This document shows positions 29,274 through 39,417 of a stretch of 64,000 nt of DNA, piece after piece. The notes beneath the pieces are model-generated. The model saw only the letters and a list, made by a program, of their open reading frames with translations, was not told the origin of the DNA and did no database searches. Source of the stretch: Anaerolineae bacterium (GTDB lineage: Bacteria; Chloroflexota; Anaerolineae; S140-20); assembly GCA_027021705.1 (NCBI GenBank), contig JALUTT010000108.1, positions 8,424-72,423 of the forward strand, given 5' to 3'. The position numbers and the translations under genes are program-made. Position 1 is the stretch's first letter. Each line of letters begins with the position of its first letter.

Positions 29274-29490
29274 CTCTCCCCCCTTTCCAGCCCTTGGTTG
29301 GCGCGAATAACCCCTGGGTCAAGGCTCTCGAAGTCTACCGGACTTCGGGAGCTTACGACAGGTAACCCAACGCTTCTTCACGCCAACAGCCCTTGCGGGC
29401 AGAAGGCTTCTTCCTCGGTGTGCTGAGGGGCGGGAGGGGAGCACCGTGCTCTCGGCTCAGGACACAACGCACCCTCCCCCTCCAAGCTAT

Positions 29491-29519
29491 AGCGTAACAC
29501 GAAAGGGGGAGTCCGTCAA
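29491..29519 (-). promoter_or_regulatory. Sigma70-type promoter of the amrS operon
   Basis: Minus strand TTGACG-17 bp-TACGCT. Confidence 0.55.
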
Positions 29520-29552
29520 GGCGCGAGGGGCCAGCACACCAGGGCTTTTCAT

Positions 29553-29666
29553 CGCTCTAACCCTTTGGGGGAACCCTCCCGCAGGCCCTCCCCACGGCCT
29601 GAAGCGCGTCGTAGGTAGTCTTCGATGGTGTGGCAGTTGCCGGACACCGCAGGACCTGCGGGAGGG
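29553..29666. repeat. MITE/REP-like element, copy 2
   Basis: 12-bp perfect IR ccctcccgcagg/cctgcgggaggg; same cgctctaaccc leader as copy 1. Confidence 0.8.
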
Positions 29667-29706
29667 GAACAATTTTGGGAAGCCCTAGCCAGCACACCTG
29701 TTCGCC

Positions 29707-29735
29707 TTGTCATTTTGGGCGATTTGTGTTATAGT
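29707..29735 (+). promoter_or_regulatory. Promoter of 6S RNA
   Basis: TTGTCA-17 bp-TATAGT with extended TG. Confidence 0.8.
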
Positions 29736-29741
29736 ATAGCT

Positions 29742-29917
29742 GAACCCTGCTGTGTGCGTGATGGCGCTTTTGCGGTTTTGAGCCAACACCTACTTCAAAG
29801 GGGACCGGCTTCCCGGGCGGGATGCGCTAGCCCGCAAGGGCAAGGCAGAACGACCGGGTAGGTTCCCACCTGCGAGAGCAGGTTCAAAACGGCGCTCCAC
29901 ACGGCACAGCGGGGTTG
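29742..29917 (+). ncRNA. ssrS: 6S RNA
   Basis: ~180-nt rod: aaccctgctgtg/cacagcggggtt closing stem, gttttgagcc/ggttcaaaac stem, central bubble aacacctacttcaaa, and cccacctgc..gagcaggttcaaaac motif resembling Firmicute-type 6S; own promoter and terminator. Confidence 0.88.
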
Positions 29918-29934
29918 CTCTTTGTAAGTTCCTT

Positions 29935-29970
29935 GGGTAGCGGACCGGTGCTGTCCGCTACCCAGTTTTT
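29935..29970 (+). terminator. Rho-independent terminator after 6S RNA
   Basis: gggtagcggac-cggtgct-gtccgctaccc then agttttt. Confidence 0.8.
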
Positions 29971-30015
29971 CGTCACCGAGGCGACCAACCCCTTCGGCAA
30001 ATCTTTTTGAAACCC

Positions 30016-30044
30016 TTGACACACCCACACCTTTATGCTATCCT
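30016..30044 (+). promoter_or_regulatory. Sigma70-type promoter
   Basis: TTGACA-17 bp-TATCCT with extended TG. Confidence 0.7.
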
Positions 30045-30098
30045 GACACGTGAAGCTCATCTCCAACTCAAACCCTTCCCCTGAGGACACGTGTACCT

Positions 30099-30938
30099 AT
30101 GCTGCAGGAGCGGGTTTCTGACGACATCCACGTCTTTACCAGCGAACGATACGCCCAGGTCACGGCCAGTTTGGTCGTGACCCCTGCGGGGGGGATTCTG
30201 GTAGACACACTCCCCTTCCCCGATGAGACTCGGGAGATCGCGGCGTTCGCTGCCCGTCGGTGCCCGGCAGGCATTCGGTACATTGTCCTGACCCACTACC
30301 ACGCAGACCACACCTACGGAGCCTACCTATTTCCCCAAGCCGAGGTGGTGGCTCACCGACTCTGCCGGGAGCGCCTCATCACTCTGGGCATCCCCGCCCT
30401 GGCCGAAGCCAAGGAGGAGACCCCAGAGCTGGCCGAGGTGGAACTGCGTTTCCCCGATCTCATCTTCGACGAGGGAGAGCTCTACCTGCACCTGGGGGGC
30501 AAGACGCTCAGGCTCTTCGCCACGCCGGGCCACACAGTGGACTCTATCGCCGTACACGTCATGGAGGAAAACATCCTCCTGGCCGCCGATGCGATGATGC
30601 CGGTGCCGACGATTATGGACGGCGACCTGGAGGCGATGCTCCAATCGCTGCGTGCCCTGCAGCAGCAGCGATTTGAGAGCGTCGTGCAGGGGCATGGAGA
30701 GGTCCTACTGCGTGGGGAGATCCCTATCCGGCTGGAGGCCAACATCCGCTACCTGGAGACCATTCGGGACCTGGTCCAGGAAGCCTTGGCCGAGGGACGT
30801 CCCAAGGAAAGCCTGCGCACCATCTCCATCGAGGATTGTGGGCTCTCCCGCATCCCTCTGAACGGTCTGGTCCAGCAACTCCACGTGGCCAACCTGATGG
30901 TACTCTATGAGCGGATGGCTCAGCCCCAGCGGGTGTAG
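30099..30938 (+). CDS. Metallo-beta-lactamase fold hydrolase
   Basis: THYHADH, TPGHT, AAD, GHG. Confidence 0.9.
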   Translation: MLQERVSDDIHVFTSERYAQVTASLVVTPAGGILVDTLPFPDETREIAAFAARRCPAGIRYIVLTHYHADHTYGAYLFPQAEVVAHRLCRERLITLGIPALAEAKEETPELAEVELRFPDLIFDEGELYLHLGGKTLRLFATPGHTVDSIAVHVMEENILLAADAMMPVPTIMDGDLEAMLQSLRALQQQRFESVVQGHGEVLLRGEIPIRLEANIRYLETIRDLVQEALAEGRPKESLRTISIEDCGLSRIPLNGLVQQLHVANLMVLYERMAQPQRV

Positions 30939-31130
30939 GTTGGCCGTCCGGCCCCGCCCGGTGGCCATCCGAGCTCGGCGAGCCAAGCGCCACCGAGTTC
31001 CCCCTCAACCAGGCGGCCGAAGCCCGGCAGAGGATGGGGGAGGCGACAACGAGGGAGCGGGAAGCCCCCTGGCACAAGATTGAAAGGATCGGCCCGCCGG
31101 CTCGGCCAACCGCAGCCCGCGGGAAGATGC

Positions 31131-31544
31131 ATGGAGAAACCCACGGACTACCAGATCCTCTTTGATGGAGGAAGCCACGGCAACCCCGGACCGGCCTACG
31201 GCAGCTATGCCCTGACCCGCGTCGCCGACGGGAAACAGGAGATCGTGCGGCTCTCCTTCGACCGACCAATGACCAACAACGAGGCCGAGTACGAGACGAT
31301 GATCGCTGCCCTCTCGGACCTGATCGGGCGGATCGAACGGGCCCACCGTTCCCCTGATCAGTTCACCGTGGCGATCGAAGGGGACAGCCAATTGGTGATC
31401 CGTCAGGTGCTGGGGACGTGGAAGGCGCGGGACGAACGGATGCGGGCGTATCGTGACCGGGTGCGTGCGCTGTTGGACCGCTTCGGAGGATACCGCCTGA
31501 GGCAGCGGCCACGCCAGGAGATCGTCCAGGTGTTGGGCCACTAA
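31131..31544 (+). CDS. RNase HI-like protein
   Basis: FDGGSHGNPG, TNNEAEY, GDSQLV; start set at ATG 31131. Confidence 0.85.
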   Translation: MEKPTDYQILFDGGSHGNPGPAYGSYALTRVADGKQEIVRLSFDRPMTNNEAEYETMIAALSDLIGRIERAHRSPDQFTVAIEGDSQLVIRQVLGTWKARDERMRAYRDRVRALLDRFGGYRLRQRPRQEIVQVLGH

Positions 31545-31554
31545 GGGTGAACGC

Positions 31555-32763
31555 TCAGTTCAGGATGCCGGCCCGGAGCAAGGCCAACGTGGCCGCGCCG
31601 ATGGCGCTGGCATCCCGTCCAAAGTTGGTGGGTAGAATGCGCACGCTGTGGGCAGGGCGCTGCAGAGCCCGCACCTGAACGGCGTGGCGCACGGCTTCAA
31701 AGAAGAGGTCGCCAGCCTCGGTGATGAGTCCCCCGATGACCACTGCGTTAGGGTTGAGCAGGTTGACCAGGTTGGCAACGCCCACCCCCACGTAGCGGCC
31801 CGTCTGTTCGACCAGGGAGCGGGCAAAGCTGTCTCCCCCCTGAGCCAGGGCGACGATCGCCTCAACCGTCACATGGTCTGGATCCAGCGCCGTCTGGGCT
31901 CCCTGGCGGACGCCCTTGAGGGCTCGGCGGACGATGGCCGGATTGGCAGCCAGCGCCTCCAAGCAGCCGTAGTTCCCGCACGCACAGCGGGGGCCATCTT
32001 CGTCCACAGTCGTGTGCCCTACCTCCCCGGCCCATCCATCGCCCCCCAGGTAGAGCTGCCCTCCCAACACCAGCCCCGCTCCAATGCCCCGGCCCACGTT
32101 CAGGTAGACCACATTGGGCAGATCGCGAGCGACCCCAAAATGGTGCTCGGCCAACGCCATCCCCCGGGCGTTGTTGATGAGGGCAGCCGGCAAACCGGTC
32201 GCTTCGGAAACGAGGGGGACCAGCGGCCACCCCTCCAGCGGCCACTGGGGGTGCCAGACCACCTCGCCCGTCTCGATGTCGGCCAGCCCCCGCATCGCCA
32301 GACCGATTCCGAGGACCTGTTTCCGCTCCACACCGGCCCGTTCTATGACCTCCTGGATGGTGGTGAGGACCGCCCGAAGGATGCCCTCTCGCGTCCCATC
32401 GGCAGCAGCCGTGGCCCGAGCCAGGACCTGGATGGCGAGGTTGGTCAGCAGGGCTTCGACCTCGTCGGTGCTGATGTCCACCCCGATCACGAAGCCGTGG
32501 CTGACGTTGAAGGCGTAGAGGCGGGCCGGACGCCCCGCCCGACGCTCCCCGGCCGCGGTGGGGGACCGCTCTTCGACCACCAACCCCTCTTCCTCCAACT
32601 CGGCGATGATGGAAAGCACGGTGGCCGGGGTCAGGGAGGTCAGCCGGGCGATCTCCGGCTGTCCGATAGGCCCCTGGGTGCGGATCAGATCCAGCACCGC
32701 CCTGCGGTTCATCTGGCGAATCAGTTGGACACCACCCGTCGTCAAAGGGCTCTTCGCTCCCAC
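31555..32763 (-). CDS. ROK family transcriptional regulator
   Basis: N-terminal wHTH; GIGAG, AGEVGH, CACGNYGCLE. Confidence 0.93.
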   Translation of the reverse strand: MGAKSPLTTGGVQLIRQMNRRAVLDLIRTQGPIGQPEIARLTSLTPATVLSIIAELEEEGLVVEERSPTAAGERRAGRPARLYAFNVSHGFVIGVDISTDEVEALLTNLAIQVLARATAAADGTREGILRAVLTTIQEVIERAGVERKQVLGIGLAMRGLADIETGEVVWHPQWPLEGWPLVPLVSEATGLPAALINNARGMALAEHHFGVARDLPNVVYLNVGRGIGAGLVLGGQLYLGGDGWAGEVGHTTVDEDGPRCACGNYGCLEALAANPAIVRRALKGVRQGAQTALDPDHVTVEAIVALAQGGDSFARSLVEQTGRYVGVGVANLVNLLNPNAVVIGGLITEAGDLFFEAVRHAVQVRALQRPAHSVRILPTNFGRDASAIGAATLALLRAGILN

Positions 32764-32798
32764 TGTCCGTCCCCGCTCTCGATTTTTCTACCTCCTCA

Positions 32799-32827
32799 AG
32801 TTTATCACGCTTTGCCCGGGGAGTCAA
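32799..32827 (-). promoter_or_regulatory. Promoter of ROK gene
   Basis: Minus strand TTGACT-17 bp-TAAACT. Confidence 0.65.
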
Positions 32828-32872
32828 AGGTCTGATCGTTCGAACTCTGGTAAAACGGGGAGGGAAGCCCGC

Positions 32873-32901
32873 TTGACTCCATCTGGAGAATGTGCCATAA
32901 T
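32873..32901 (+). promoter_or_regulatory. Promoter of response-regulator operon
   Basis: TTGACT-17 bp-CATAAT with extended TG. Confidence 0.7.
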
Positions 32902-32945
32902 GAGGTTGTTCCTGCTCTGAGGTGGTCCCCTGTGAGGAGGCTTCT

Positions 32946-33815
32946 ATGACGAACGGCACCGTTCTAATCGTGGACACAGACCCTGATCAGGTCCGGGTGC
33001 TGCGAGAGGCACTGGAGGACGATGGCTTCGACGTGCTCACGGCCCAGCAAGGAGAGGAGGCGTGGCAGCTCTGCCGGCGTCATCTCCCCCAGGCGGTAGT
33101 GCTCTCCCTCTCGCTGCCCGATGTGGATGGCTACGAGATCCTGCGACGCATCCGCAACGCCCTGCGTACCCGGCACATCCACGTGACGCTCCTCACCGAA
33201 CGTCACGAGCGACGAGACAAGATCGCCGGCCTCGAACTGGGTGCCGACGATTACGTCGTCAAGCCCTTCGACCTGGAGGAATTGCGGCTGCGCGTGCGCA
33301 ACGCCCTCCGCCGGGCCCAGGCCGGGAGCCTCACCGATCCGGCCACAGGTCTGCCGGGACGACGGCTCATCCAGGAGCACCTGCGGGAACTGCTCACCAG
33401 TCAGCACAATTGGGCCTTGCTGCGCATCACCGTGAGGCACCTGGACGCCTTCAGCGAGGTATACGGATTTATGGCCGGCGAGGATTTCCTGCGCTTGGTC
33501 GCTCGCCTGCTGACAGAGGCTGTGGACGAACTGGGAACCCCCTCCGACTTCATCGGCCACAGTGGCGGTGAGGAGTTCGTCATCATCACGGACAGCCAGC
33601 GAGCGGCCCCGATGATCGCCTACCTGGAAGAGCGCTTCCCCGCCTTCAGTCAGATGGTCTACTCCTACAAAGAACGAGAGCAGGGCTACCTGCTCGTGGG
33701 AGGACGGGAAGAGGAACCCCAACGGATCCCCCTGATGAACCTGGAGATCCGCAAGGTGACCGCCGCGGACGGGCCTTTCTCCGACATTGTGGAGCTCACC
33801 GAGGCCATCCAATGA
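32946..33815 (+). CDS. Atypical receiver plus degenerate GGDEF-domain protein
   Basis: Receiver fold with GADDYVVKPF; TDPATGLP and GGEEF. Confidence 0.82.
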   Translation: MTNGTVLIVDTDPDQVRVLREALEDDGFDVLTAQQGEEAWQLCRRHLPQAVVLSLSLPDVDGYEILRRIRNALRTRHIHVTLLTERHERRDKIAGLELGADDYVVKPFDLEELRLRVRNALRRAQAGSLTDPATGLPGRRLIQEHLRELLTSQHNWALLRITVRHLDAFSEVYGFMAGEDFLRLVARLLTEAVDELGTPSDFIGHSGGEEFVIITDSQRAAPMIAYLEERFPAFSQMVYSYKEREQGYLLVGGREEEPQRIPLMNLEIRKVTAADGPFSDIVELTEAIQ

Positions 33816-35014
33816 GGCTGGGGGGGACCGGGCTGTTGACCGTGCTCATCCTGGCGAGCACGATGTTGGTGCTTGGCTGCAGCGGGGTGGTCGTGCCAAC
33901 GCCCTCGCCGACCGCTCCGACGACGCCCGTGACAGAACCTGTCCTTCCCTCCCTTCCCTCCCCCCAGGCTGAGATCCTTCCTTTACCTTCACCCTCTCCT
34001 GGGCCCTCGCCAGAGCCGACAGCCACCCCTCTCCAACCAAGATCGCTGCTCATCGAAGGGCTCCAGGCGGAACGGTTGATCGGTGACCCCCAGGTCGCTC
34101 CCACCTTCTACGCCCTGACACCGGCAGGGCTCTACATCACCCAGGACGGCGGTCGCACCTGGGCGCTGGTCACCCCCATTCCCCAACAGGAAGAGTTCGT
34201 CTTCAGCCCGGCGGCGCCGGCCATCCTCTACGCCGGCCAGGGATACGACTGCTACCGGGGAGGTGGCGACGTCCCCTTCTACAAGAGCGTGGATGGGGGG
34301 GCTGTGTGGACAGAGGTGCCCGGGGGCATCAACCTCCATCCGGTGGCCGTGCATCCCCAGGATCCCCAACGGCTCTGGGCCATCGGCTGCGAAGGTCCCT
34401 ACTTCTCCGCCGATGGGGGGGTCACCTGGGTGCTGCGAGGGGGAGCGCCCTTCCAGAGCTATCGGGTCGAGTTCCTGATCCCCGTCTTCACCGACTGGAA
34501 GCAGGTCTACGCGGGCATCAACTCCGAGGGAGGGGCGGGGGCGATCATCGCCAGCCGCGATGGGGGGCGCACCTGGCAGGTGCTCATCGCCGATCTGCCC
34601 GGAGCAGCGACCTGGATCCAGGCCCTCTACGTGATGCCCCACGATGGCCGGCGCCTCTTCTTCGCCACCCCCACCGGCGTCTGGCTCAGCCAGGATGGTG
34701 GGGAGACGTGGGCCCAATCTACCGCCGGCCTGGAGGATGTGCTCTATCGGGAGGACTCCTTCGCCACCCGGTTCGGCTTCCAGACCTTGGTGGCCGAGGA
34801 GGAAACAGGGGACCTCTACCTAGGCTCCGTGCGCGGGCTCTACGTGAGCCGCGATGGGGGAAAGCAGTGGAGTCGGCTGGAGGGAACGCCTTGGGACGAT
34901 GAGATGATCCTGGACGTGGATCTGTCGTCCGGGGAGAAGCGGCAGCTCTACGTGACGACAGCCCAAGGGGTCTTCGTGATGGAGCTCCCCACTGGTAGAA
35001 AGGACACCGATTGA
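33812..35014 (+). CDS. Lipoprotein with BNR/Asp-box beta-propeller
   Basis: Lipobox VLGC, Pro-rich linker, repeated S.DGG.TW. Confidence 0.8.
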   Translation: MRLGGTGLLTVLILASTMLVLGCSGVVVPTPSPTAPTTPVTEPVLPSLPSPQAEILPLPSPSPGPSPEPTATPLQPRSLLIEGLQAERLIGDPQVAPTFYALTPAGLYITQDGGRTWALVTPIPQQEEFVFSPAAPAILYAGQGYDCYRGGGDVPFYKSVDGGAVWTEVPGGINLHPVAVHPQDPQRLWAIGCEGPYFSADGGVTWVLRGGAPFQSYRVEFLIPVFTDWKQVYAGINSEGGAGAIIASRDGGRTWQVLIADLPGAATWIQALYVMPHDGRRLFFATPTGVWLSQDGGETWAQSTAGLEDVLYREDSFATRFGFQTLVAEEETGDLYLGSVRGLYVSRDGGKQWSRLEGTPWDDEMILDVDLSSGEKRQLYVTTAQGVFVMELPTGRKDTD

Positions 35015-35044
35015 GGACGGAGGCTGCGGCCCCCAGGACGGAGG

Positions 35045-35623
35045 CTACCCCTTCTCTGGAGGGAGAGCCTTCGCCAGCCGGTTCCGGTTCCGATCGGGGA
35101 CATGGCGGACGAAGATCACCAGCGCAGCGGCCAGGACGAGAGGCCAAGGACCCCGAACCGCCCAGGCCAGCAGCGGGGCGAGAAGGGCGGTGCCCATCGT
35201 TGCCCGGGGCGCGTGCCGGAAGAGAAGGTAGACGAGGCCCCAGAGGACGATCAGGAGGGGGATCATCAGGGGCGAGGTGACCAGCAGCGTCCCGCAAAAG
35301 GTGCCTATGCCCATGCCGCCTCGAAAGCCCAGGTAGAAGGGCCAGCAGTGGCCGGCGATGACCGCCATCCCGGCCAGCGGGACGGCCCAAGGGGAGGGGT
35401 TCAGCCGAGAGACCAGCCAGACCGCCAGCGCCCCCTTGCCGATATCGCCGACGCCGGTCAGGAGCAGCCCGACCGGCCCCACGGTGCGATAGACGTTCAG
35501 TCCACCGGTGTGACCACTGCCGTAGTCCCTGGGGTCCCGACCAGCCAGCGCCCGGCCGACCAACACCCCCGTGGGAAAGGTGCCGATGAGATAACTGACG
35601 AGAATCAGGAACGCGAGGGGCAT
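35045..35623 (-). CDS. plsY: Glycerol-3-phosphate acyltransferase PlsY family
   Basis: YLIGTFP, GSGHTG..N, D..KG, GHCWP, F.GG.G; start at ATG 35623. Confidence 0.85.
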   Translation of the reverse strand: MPLAFLILVSYLIGTFPTGVLVGRALAGRDPRDYGSGHTGGLNVYRTVGPVGLLLTGVGDIGKGALAVWLVSRLNPSPWAVPLAGMAVIAGHCWPFYLGFRGGMGIGTFCGTLLVTSPLMIPLLIVLWGLVYLLFRHAPRATMGTALLAPLLAWAVRGPWPLVLAAALVIFVRHVPDRNRNRLAKALPPEKG

Positions 35624-35667
35624 CTCAGAGAACAGAGCCTTCCTAATCCCAGGCAGTTCCGCCACCT

Positions 35668-36267
35668 CTACCGCCGGGCAGCCAGCAGGGCCTCCAGGAG
35701 AGGACGGACGGCCTGGAAGGCGCGGGCTCGATGGCTGATGCGGTTCTTCTCCTCCGGCGGGAGTTCCGCCATCGTGCACCCCCGATCCGGTAGGTAGAAG
35801 ATAGGATCGTAGCCGAAGCCGCCCTTGCCACGAGGGGCCGTGAGGATCCGTCCCTCACAGGTCCCCTCGGCTGTCTGGACGGTGCCATCGGGAGTGGCCA
35901 GGGCGATCACACAGCGGAAGCGGGCCGTGCGCGCATCTTCGGGGACGCCCGCCAGGGCTCGCAGCAACGCAGCAATGCGATCCTCATCCTCTCCCGGTGC
36001 GTAGCGGGCCGAGTAAAGGCCCGGTGCGCCGTCCAGAGCGTCCACCTCCAGGCCGGAGTCGTCGGCCAAGGCAAGGAGGCCACTGGCCTGGGCGTAGGTC
36101 AGCGCCTTCAAGCGGGCGTTCTCCTCGTATGTGCTCCCCCTTTCGATCCCCTCCTGCCTGCTCAGTCCAATCTCCTCGGGGCTGACTAGGGTGACGGGGA
36201 GGTCGGCCAACAGAGCGGCGTATTCCCGCAGCTTCCCCCGGTTGTGGGTGGCGATCAGCAGCTTCAT
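35668..36267 (-). CDS. rdgB: Non-canonical purine NTP pyrophosphatase (Ham1)
   Basis: [28 protein letters not shown]. Confidence 0.95.
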   Translation of the reverse strand: MKLLIATHNRGKLREYAALLADLPVTLVSPEEIGLSRQEGIERGSTYEENARLKALTYAQASGLLALADDSGLEVDALDGAPGLYSARYAPGEDEDRIAALLRALAGVPEDARTARFRCVIALATPDGTVQTAEGTCEGRILTAPRGKGGFGYDPIFYLPDRGCTMAELPPEEKNRISHRARAFQAVRPLLEALLAARR

Positions 36268-38216
36268 CAGGCCGATTCCCCCGACTCCTCGTAGGCGGGT
36301 AGGAGAACGTAGAAGGTGCTTCCTTCCCCCGGCGTGCTCTCCACCCACACCCGTCCCCGGTGCCTGTCCACCACCGATTTGACGATGGAAAGCCCCAGGC
36401 CCGTGCCCGGAATGTCGGCGGTCTCCTCGGTGGTCACCCGGAAGAACTTGTTGAAGATGTAAGGTTGATCGGCGTAGGGGATGCCCAGCCCATCATCCTG
36501 AACGCTGATCAAGAGATGACGGTCCTTCTCCTGAGCAGCGACGCAGATATGCCCGCCCTCCGGAGTGTACTTGATCGCATTGCTAATCAGGTTGGTCAAC
36601 ACCTGGCGTATGCGCCGGGCGTTGCCCAGGACGAGGGGGATGCTGGGGGCGATCTGGACGGTGAGGGACTGCTTCTTAGCCTCCGCCTCAGGGCGCAACT
36701 CGGCAGCGGCGTCCACGATGATGGGGTCTACTCGCAAGGGATGCATCTCCAGATCGTAACCGGCCTCGATGCGGCCCAGGTCCAGCAGGTCGCTGATCAG
36801 CTCGGTGATCGCCTTCATGCTGCGCCGCACGTGGCTGATGAACTCCATCTGCTTCTCGTTCAGAGGGCCTACCCGAGGCAGCAACTCCACATACCCCTGG
36901 ATGGTGGTCAAGGGAGTGCGCAGGTCGTGGGAAACGGTGGAGACGAACTCAGCACGGATGCGGTCCAGTTCCTTCAGGTGGGTCACATCCTGCATCACCA
37001 CCACTTTGCCCACCTGGGGGACCGTGGAGATGTGAGCATTGAAGGTGCGCCCATCGGGCAGGGAGACCTCGGTCTGGGCCGGATCGCCCTCCAGCGGGGG
37101 GCGAAGGAAGAGGTCCAGCAGATCGGGATTGGTCACAGTGATGGAGACCGGCTGCCCCAGGGAACGGCGGGGGTCAATGTTCAGGGCTTGAGCCGCCGTG
37201 TCGTTGCAGAGGATGATCCGCCCCTCCAGATCGGTGACCAGGACGCCCTCGGCCATGCCCTGGAGGATCGCCTCCAGAGTGCCTTTCTCCTTCTGCAGCC
37301 GGCTGAAGAGGTTGGCGTTCTCGATAGCGATGGCTGCGTAGTCGGCCAGGGCTGACAGAATGAAGATGTCGTGCTCTGTAAAGCTCCGATCAGTGGTCAC
37401 GTTGGCGACGGTGAGGACGCCAATGGAACCCCGTCCCGGGGAACGGAGGGGGACACTCAACAACGCCTTGACCAGGTAGGCGGTGGCGATCTTCTTGGTC
37501 TGCTCCCCGGCCAGCAGGACCGGGCGGCCTGTCTGGATGACCCGCCCGGCCAGCGAGTCATCCACCCGCACGCGCATCCTCCGGGCCGTCTTCTCCTCGA
37601 TGTTCTTAGCCGCGCGCAGGTAGAGCTCCCCCGTCTGCTCGTCCAAGAGCATCAGGGAACCCTGCTCGGCCCGGGCCATATAGGTAGCAGCTTCCGTGAC
37701 CCGGTTCAGGACCAACTCCAGGTCCAGCACCGAGGTGACCGATTTGCCGATGGTGTAGATGGCGTTCAGTTCCTGGAGCTGCTGCTGGAGCTTGGCGTTG
37801 AGTTCTTGAAGCTTCCGGGTGAGTTCGTCCCGCTCCCGACGCAGACGGGCTTCCTGCAAGGCCCGCTCAACGGCCGTCAGGATCTCCTCGACCTCGAAGG
37901 GTTTGATAACGTAGTCGCGAGCCCCCAGTCTGAAGGCTTGAACGGCCAACTCCTCGGAGCCGTGGAAGGTAGAGAGGATCACGGGAATGTCCACCCCCTC
38001 CTCCCGCAACGCCTTCAGTACCTCGACACCTGAGAGGCCGGGCATCTGCATATCGAGGATGATGAGATCTGGGGAGACTTCCCGAGCCATAAGCAACCCC
38101 TCACGACCATCGCGGGCCGTCAGCGGCTCGTAGCCGTTGGGGCGCAGCACGTACTCGGCCAGGAAGTCTCGGGCTTCTGCGCTGTCGTCTACGATCAAGA
38201 TCCGTTCACCAGACAA
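36267..38216 (-). CDS. Receiver-GAF-PAS hybrid histidine kinase
   Basis: ILIVDD...ILDMQMP receiver, [25 protein letters not shown] start at 38216 with aggag RBS. Confidence 0.92.
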   Translation of the reverse strand: MSGERILIVDDSAEARDFLAEYVLRPNGYEPLTARDGREGLLMAREVSPDLIILDMQMPGLSGVEVLKALREEGVDIPVILSTFHGSEELAVQAFRLGARDYVIKPFEVEEILTAVERALQEARLRRERDELTRKLQELNAKLQQQLQELNAIYTIGKSVTSVLDLELVLNRVTEAATYMARAEQGSLMLLDEQTGELYLRAAKNIEEKTARRMRVRVDDSLAGRVIQTGRPVLLAGEQTKKIATAYLVKALLSVPLRSPGRGSIGVLTVANVTTDRSFTEHDIFILSALADYAAIAIENANLFSRLQKEKGTLEAILQGMAEGVLVTDLEGRIILCNDTAAQALNIDPRRSLGQPVSITVTNPDLLDLFLRPPLEGDPAQTEVSLPDGRTFNAHISTVPQVGKVVVMQDVTHLKELDRIRAEFVSTVSHDLRTPLTTIQGYVELLPRVGPLNEKQMEFISHVRRSMKAITELISDLLDLGRIEAGYDLEMHPLRVDPIIVDAAAELRPEAEAKKQSLTVQIAPSIPLVLGNARRIRQVLTNLISNAIKYTPEGGHICVAAQEKDRHLLISVQDDGLGIPYADQPYIFNKFFRVTTEETADIPGTGLGLSIVKSVVDRHRGRVWVESTPGEGSTFYVLLPAYEESGESA

Positions 38217-38380
38217 GGCAACGCTCCTGGAATAGCAAGGTGGTGTCACGTTGAGCTTAATATAGCACATTTTAGCGCAAAGACCAACCCCCCTTAGGTC
38301 CAAAGGGATGGGAAAAAGGGGCCAGATCCGAGGTGATCCGCTGCTGAGGCCCATCGCAGCAATCCCTCGATGGGGGAATT

Positions 38381-38463
38381 CTTTCTAACTGCTTTCTAAC
38401 AAACCGCTCACCTCTTCCTAACGGGTTTCCTCTACACTTATTTCTCGATACAGGCGGTAAAAT
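38381..38463 (+). promoter_or_regulatory. 11-bp phased CTAAC array plus -10
   Basis: ctaac 38385, ctaac 38396, ctcac 38407, ctaac 38418; taaaat 38458. Confidence 0.7.
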
Positions 38464-38493
38464 GCCCTTTGTGCACCGTACAGGACTGACGGG

Positions 38494-39189
38494 ATGGGAG
38501 AAACAACGGTGGAACTCTACGGCAACTCACAACTGGCTCCCTTCCGTGTAGGAGTTCAGGATAGGAGAATCTACTACACTACCGTCAAGCGGGTGTTCGA
38601 CCTTTGCGTGGCAAGCGTGCTCCTGGTCGCACTGGCCCCGCTCATGCTCTTCATCGCCATCTGCATCCGGCTCGATTCCCCCGGCCCGGCGCTTTTCAAG
38701 CAGACGCGAATCGGCAAGGGGGGCAAGCCCTTCACCTTCTACAAGTTCCGCTCGATGCACGTCAACAACGATCCGAAGGAGTACGAGCAGTTCTTTAAGG
38801 CTTTCGTGAACGGCCAGGCGAAAGGGGAGAACGGCGTGCACAAGCCCATCCGGCCCAACCAAGTGACGCGGGTAGGGCGGATCCTGCGCAAGACCAGCTT
38901 GGACGAGCTTCCCCAACTGATCAACATCCTGAAGGGGGAGATGAGCTTCGTTGGCCCTCGCCCCAACGTGCCCTGGGAGGTGGAGGCCTACCAGGAGTGG
39001 CACAAGCGGCGGTTGGAGGTGCTGCCCGGCATCACGGGCCTGGCCCAGATCCGGGGGCGAAGCCGCCTCACCTTCGACCAGATCGTCCGCTACGACATCG
39101 AGTACATCGAAAACCAGAGTCTATGGCTGGACCTGAAGATCCTATGGCAGACGATCCCATCGGTGCTGGGTGGCAACGGCGCGGGATAG
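38494..39189 (+). CDS. Priming polyprenyl-phosphate sugar phosphotransferase (Bac_transf)
   Basis: KRVFDL, FKQTRIG, KFRSM, LDELPQL, GEMSFVGPRP, PGITGLAQ. Confidence 0.94.
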   Translation: MGETTVELYGNSQLAPFRVGVQDRRIYYTTVKRVFDLCVASVLLVALAPLMLFIAICIRLDSPGPALFKQTRIGKGGKPFTFYKFRSMHVNNDPKEYEQFFKAFVNGQAKGENGVHKPIRPNQVTRVGRILRKTSLDELPQLINILKGEMSFVGPRPNVPWEVEAYQEWHKRRLEVLPGITGLAQIRGRSRLTFDQIVRYDIEYIENQSLWLDLKILWQTIPSVLGGNGAG

Positions 39190-39260
39190 GCGGATAGAGG
39201 GTATCGCCGGGGGCCTGCCACCGCAGCCTTCGCAAAACTGACCCCCAACACATTGGAGAC

Positions 39261-39297
39261 AAAAGAGGCGTGCCTCTGAACAGGGGCACGCCTTTTT
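39261..39297 (+). terminator. Rho-independent (possibly bidirectional) terminator
   Basis: aaaag-aggcgtgcctctg-aa-caggggcacgcct-tttt. Confidence 0.75.
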
Positions 39298-39350
39298 AAA
39301 CGGTAAATTACCGCCCCTCTAACCGAATTTTTACATGTTCCTGGTACAGT
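39297..39350 (+). promoter_or_regulatory. 11-bp phased degenerate YTAAC array plus extended -10
   Basis: taaac 39297, ttacc 39308, ctaac 39319, tttac 39330; TGgTACAGT 39342-39350. Confidence 0.5.
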
Positions 39351-39417
39351 TCAAAACGCAATACGGCCAATGGCCGCACCTCGCAGCCTCTACAGCCATC
39401 CAGACGTGGGAGGGGAA

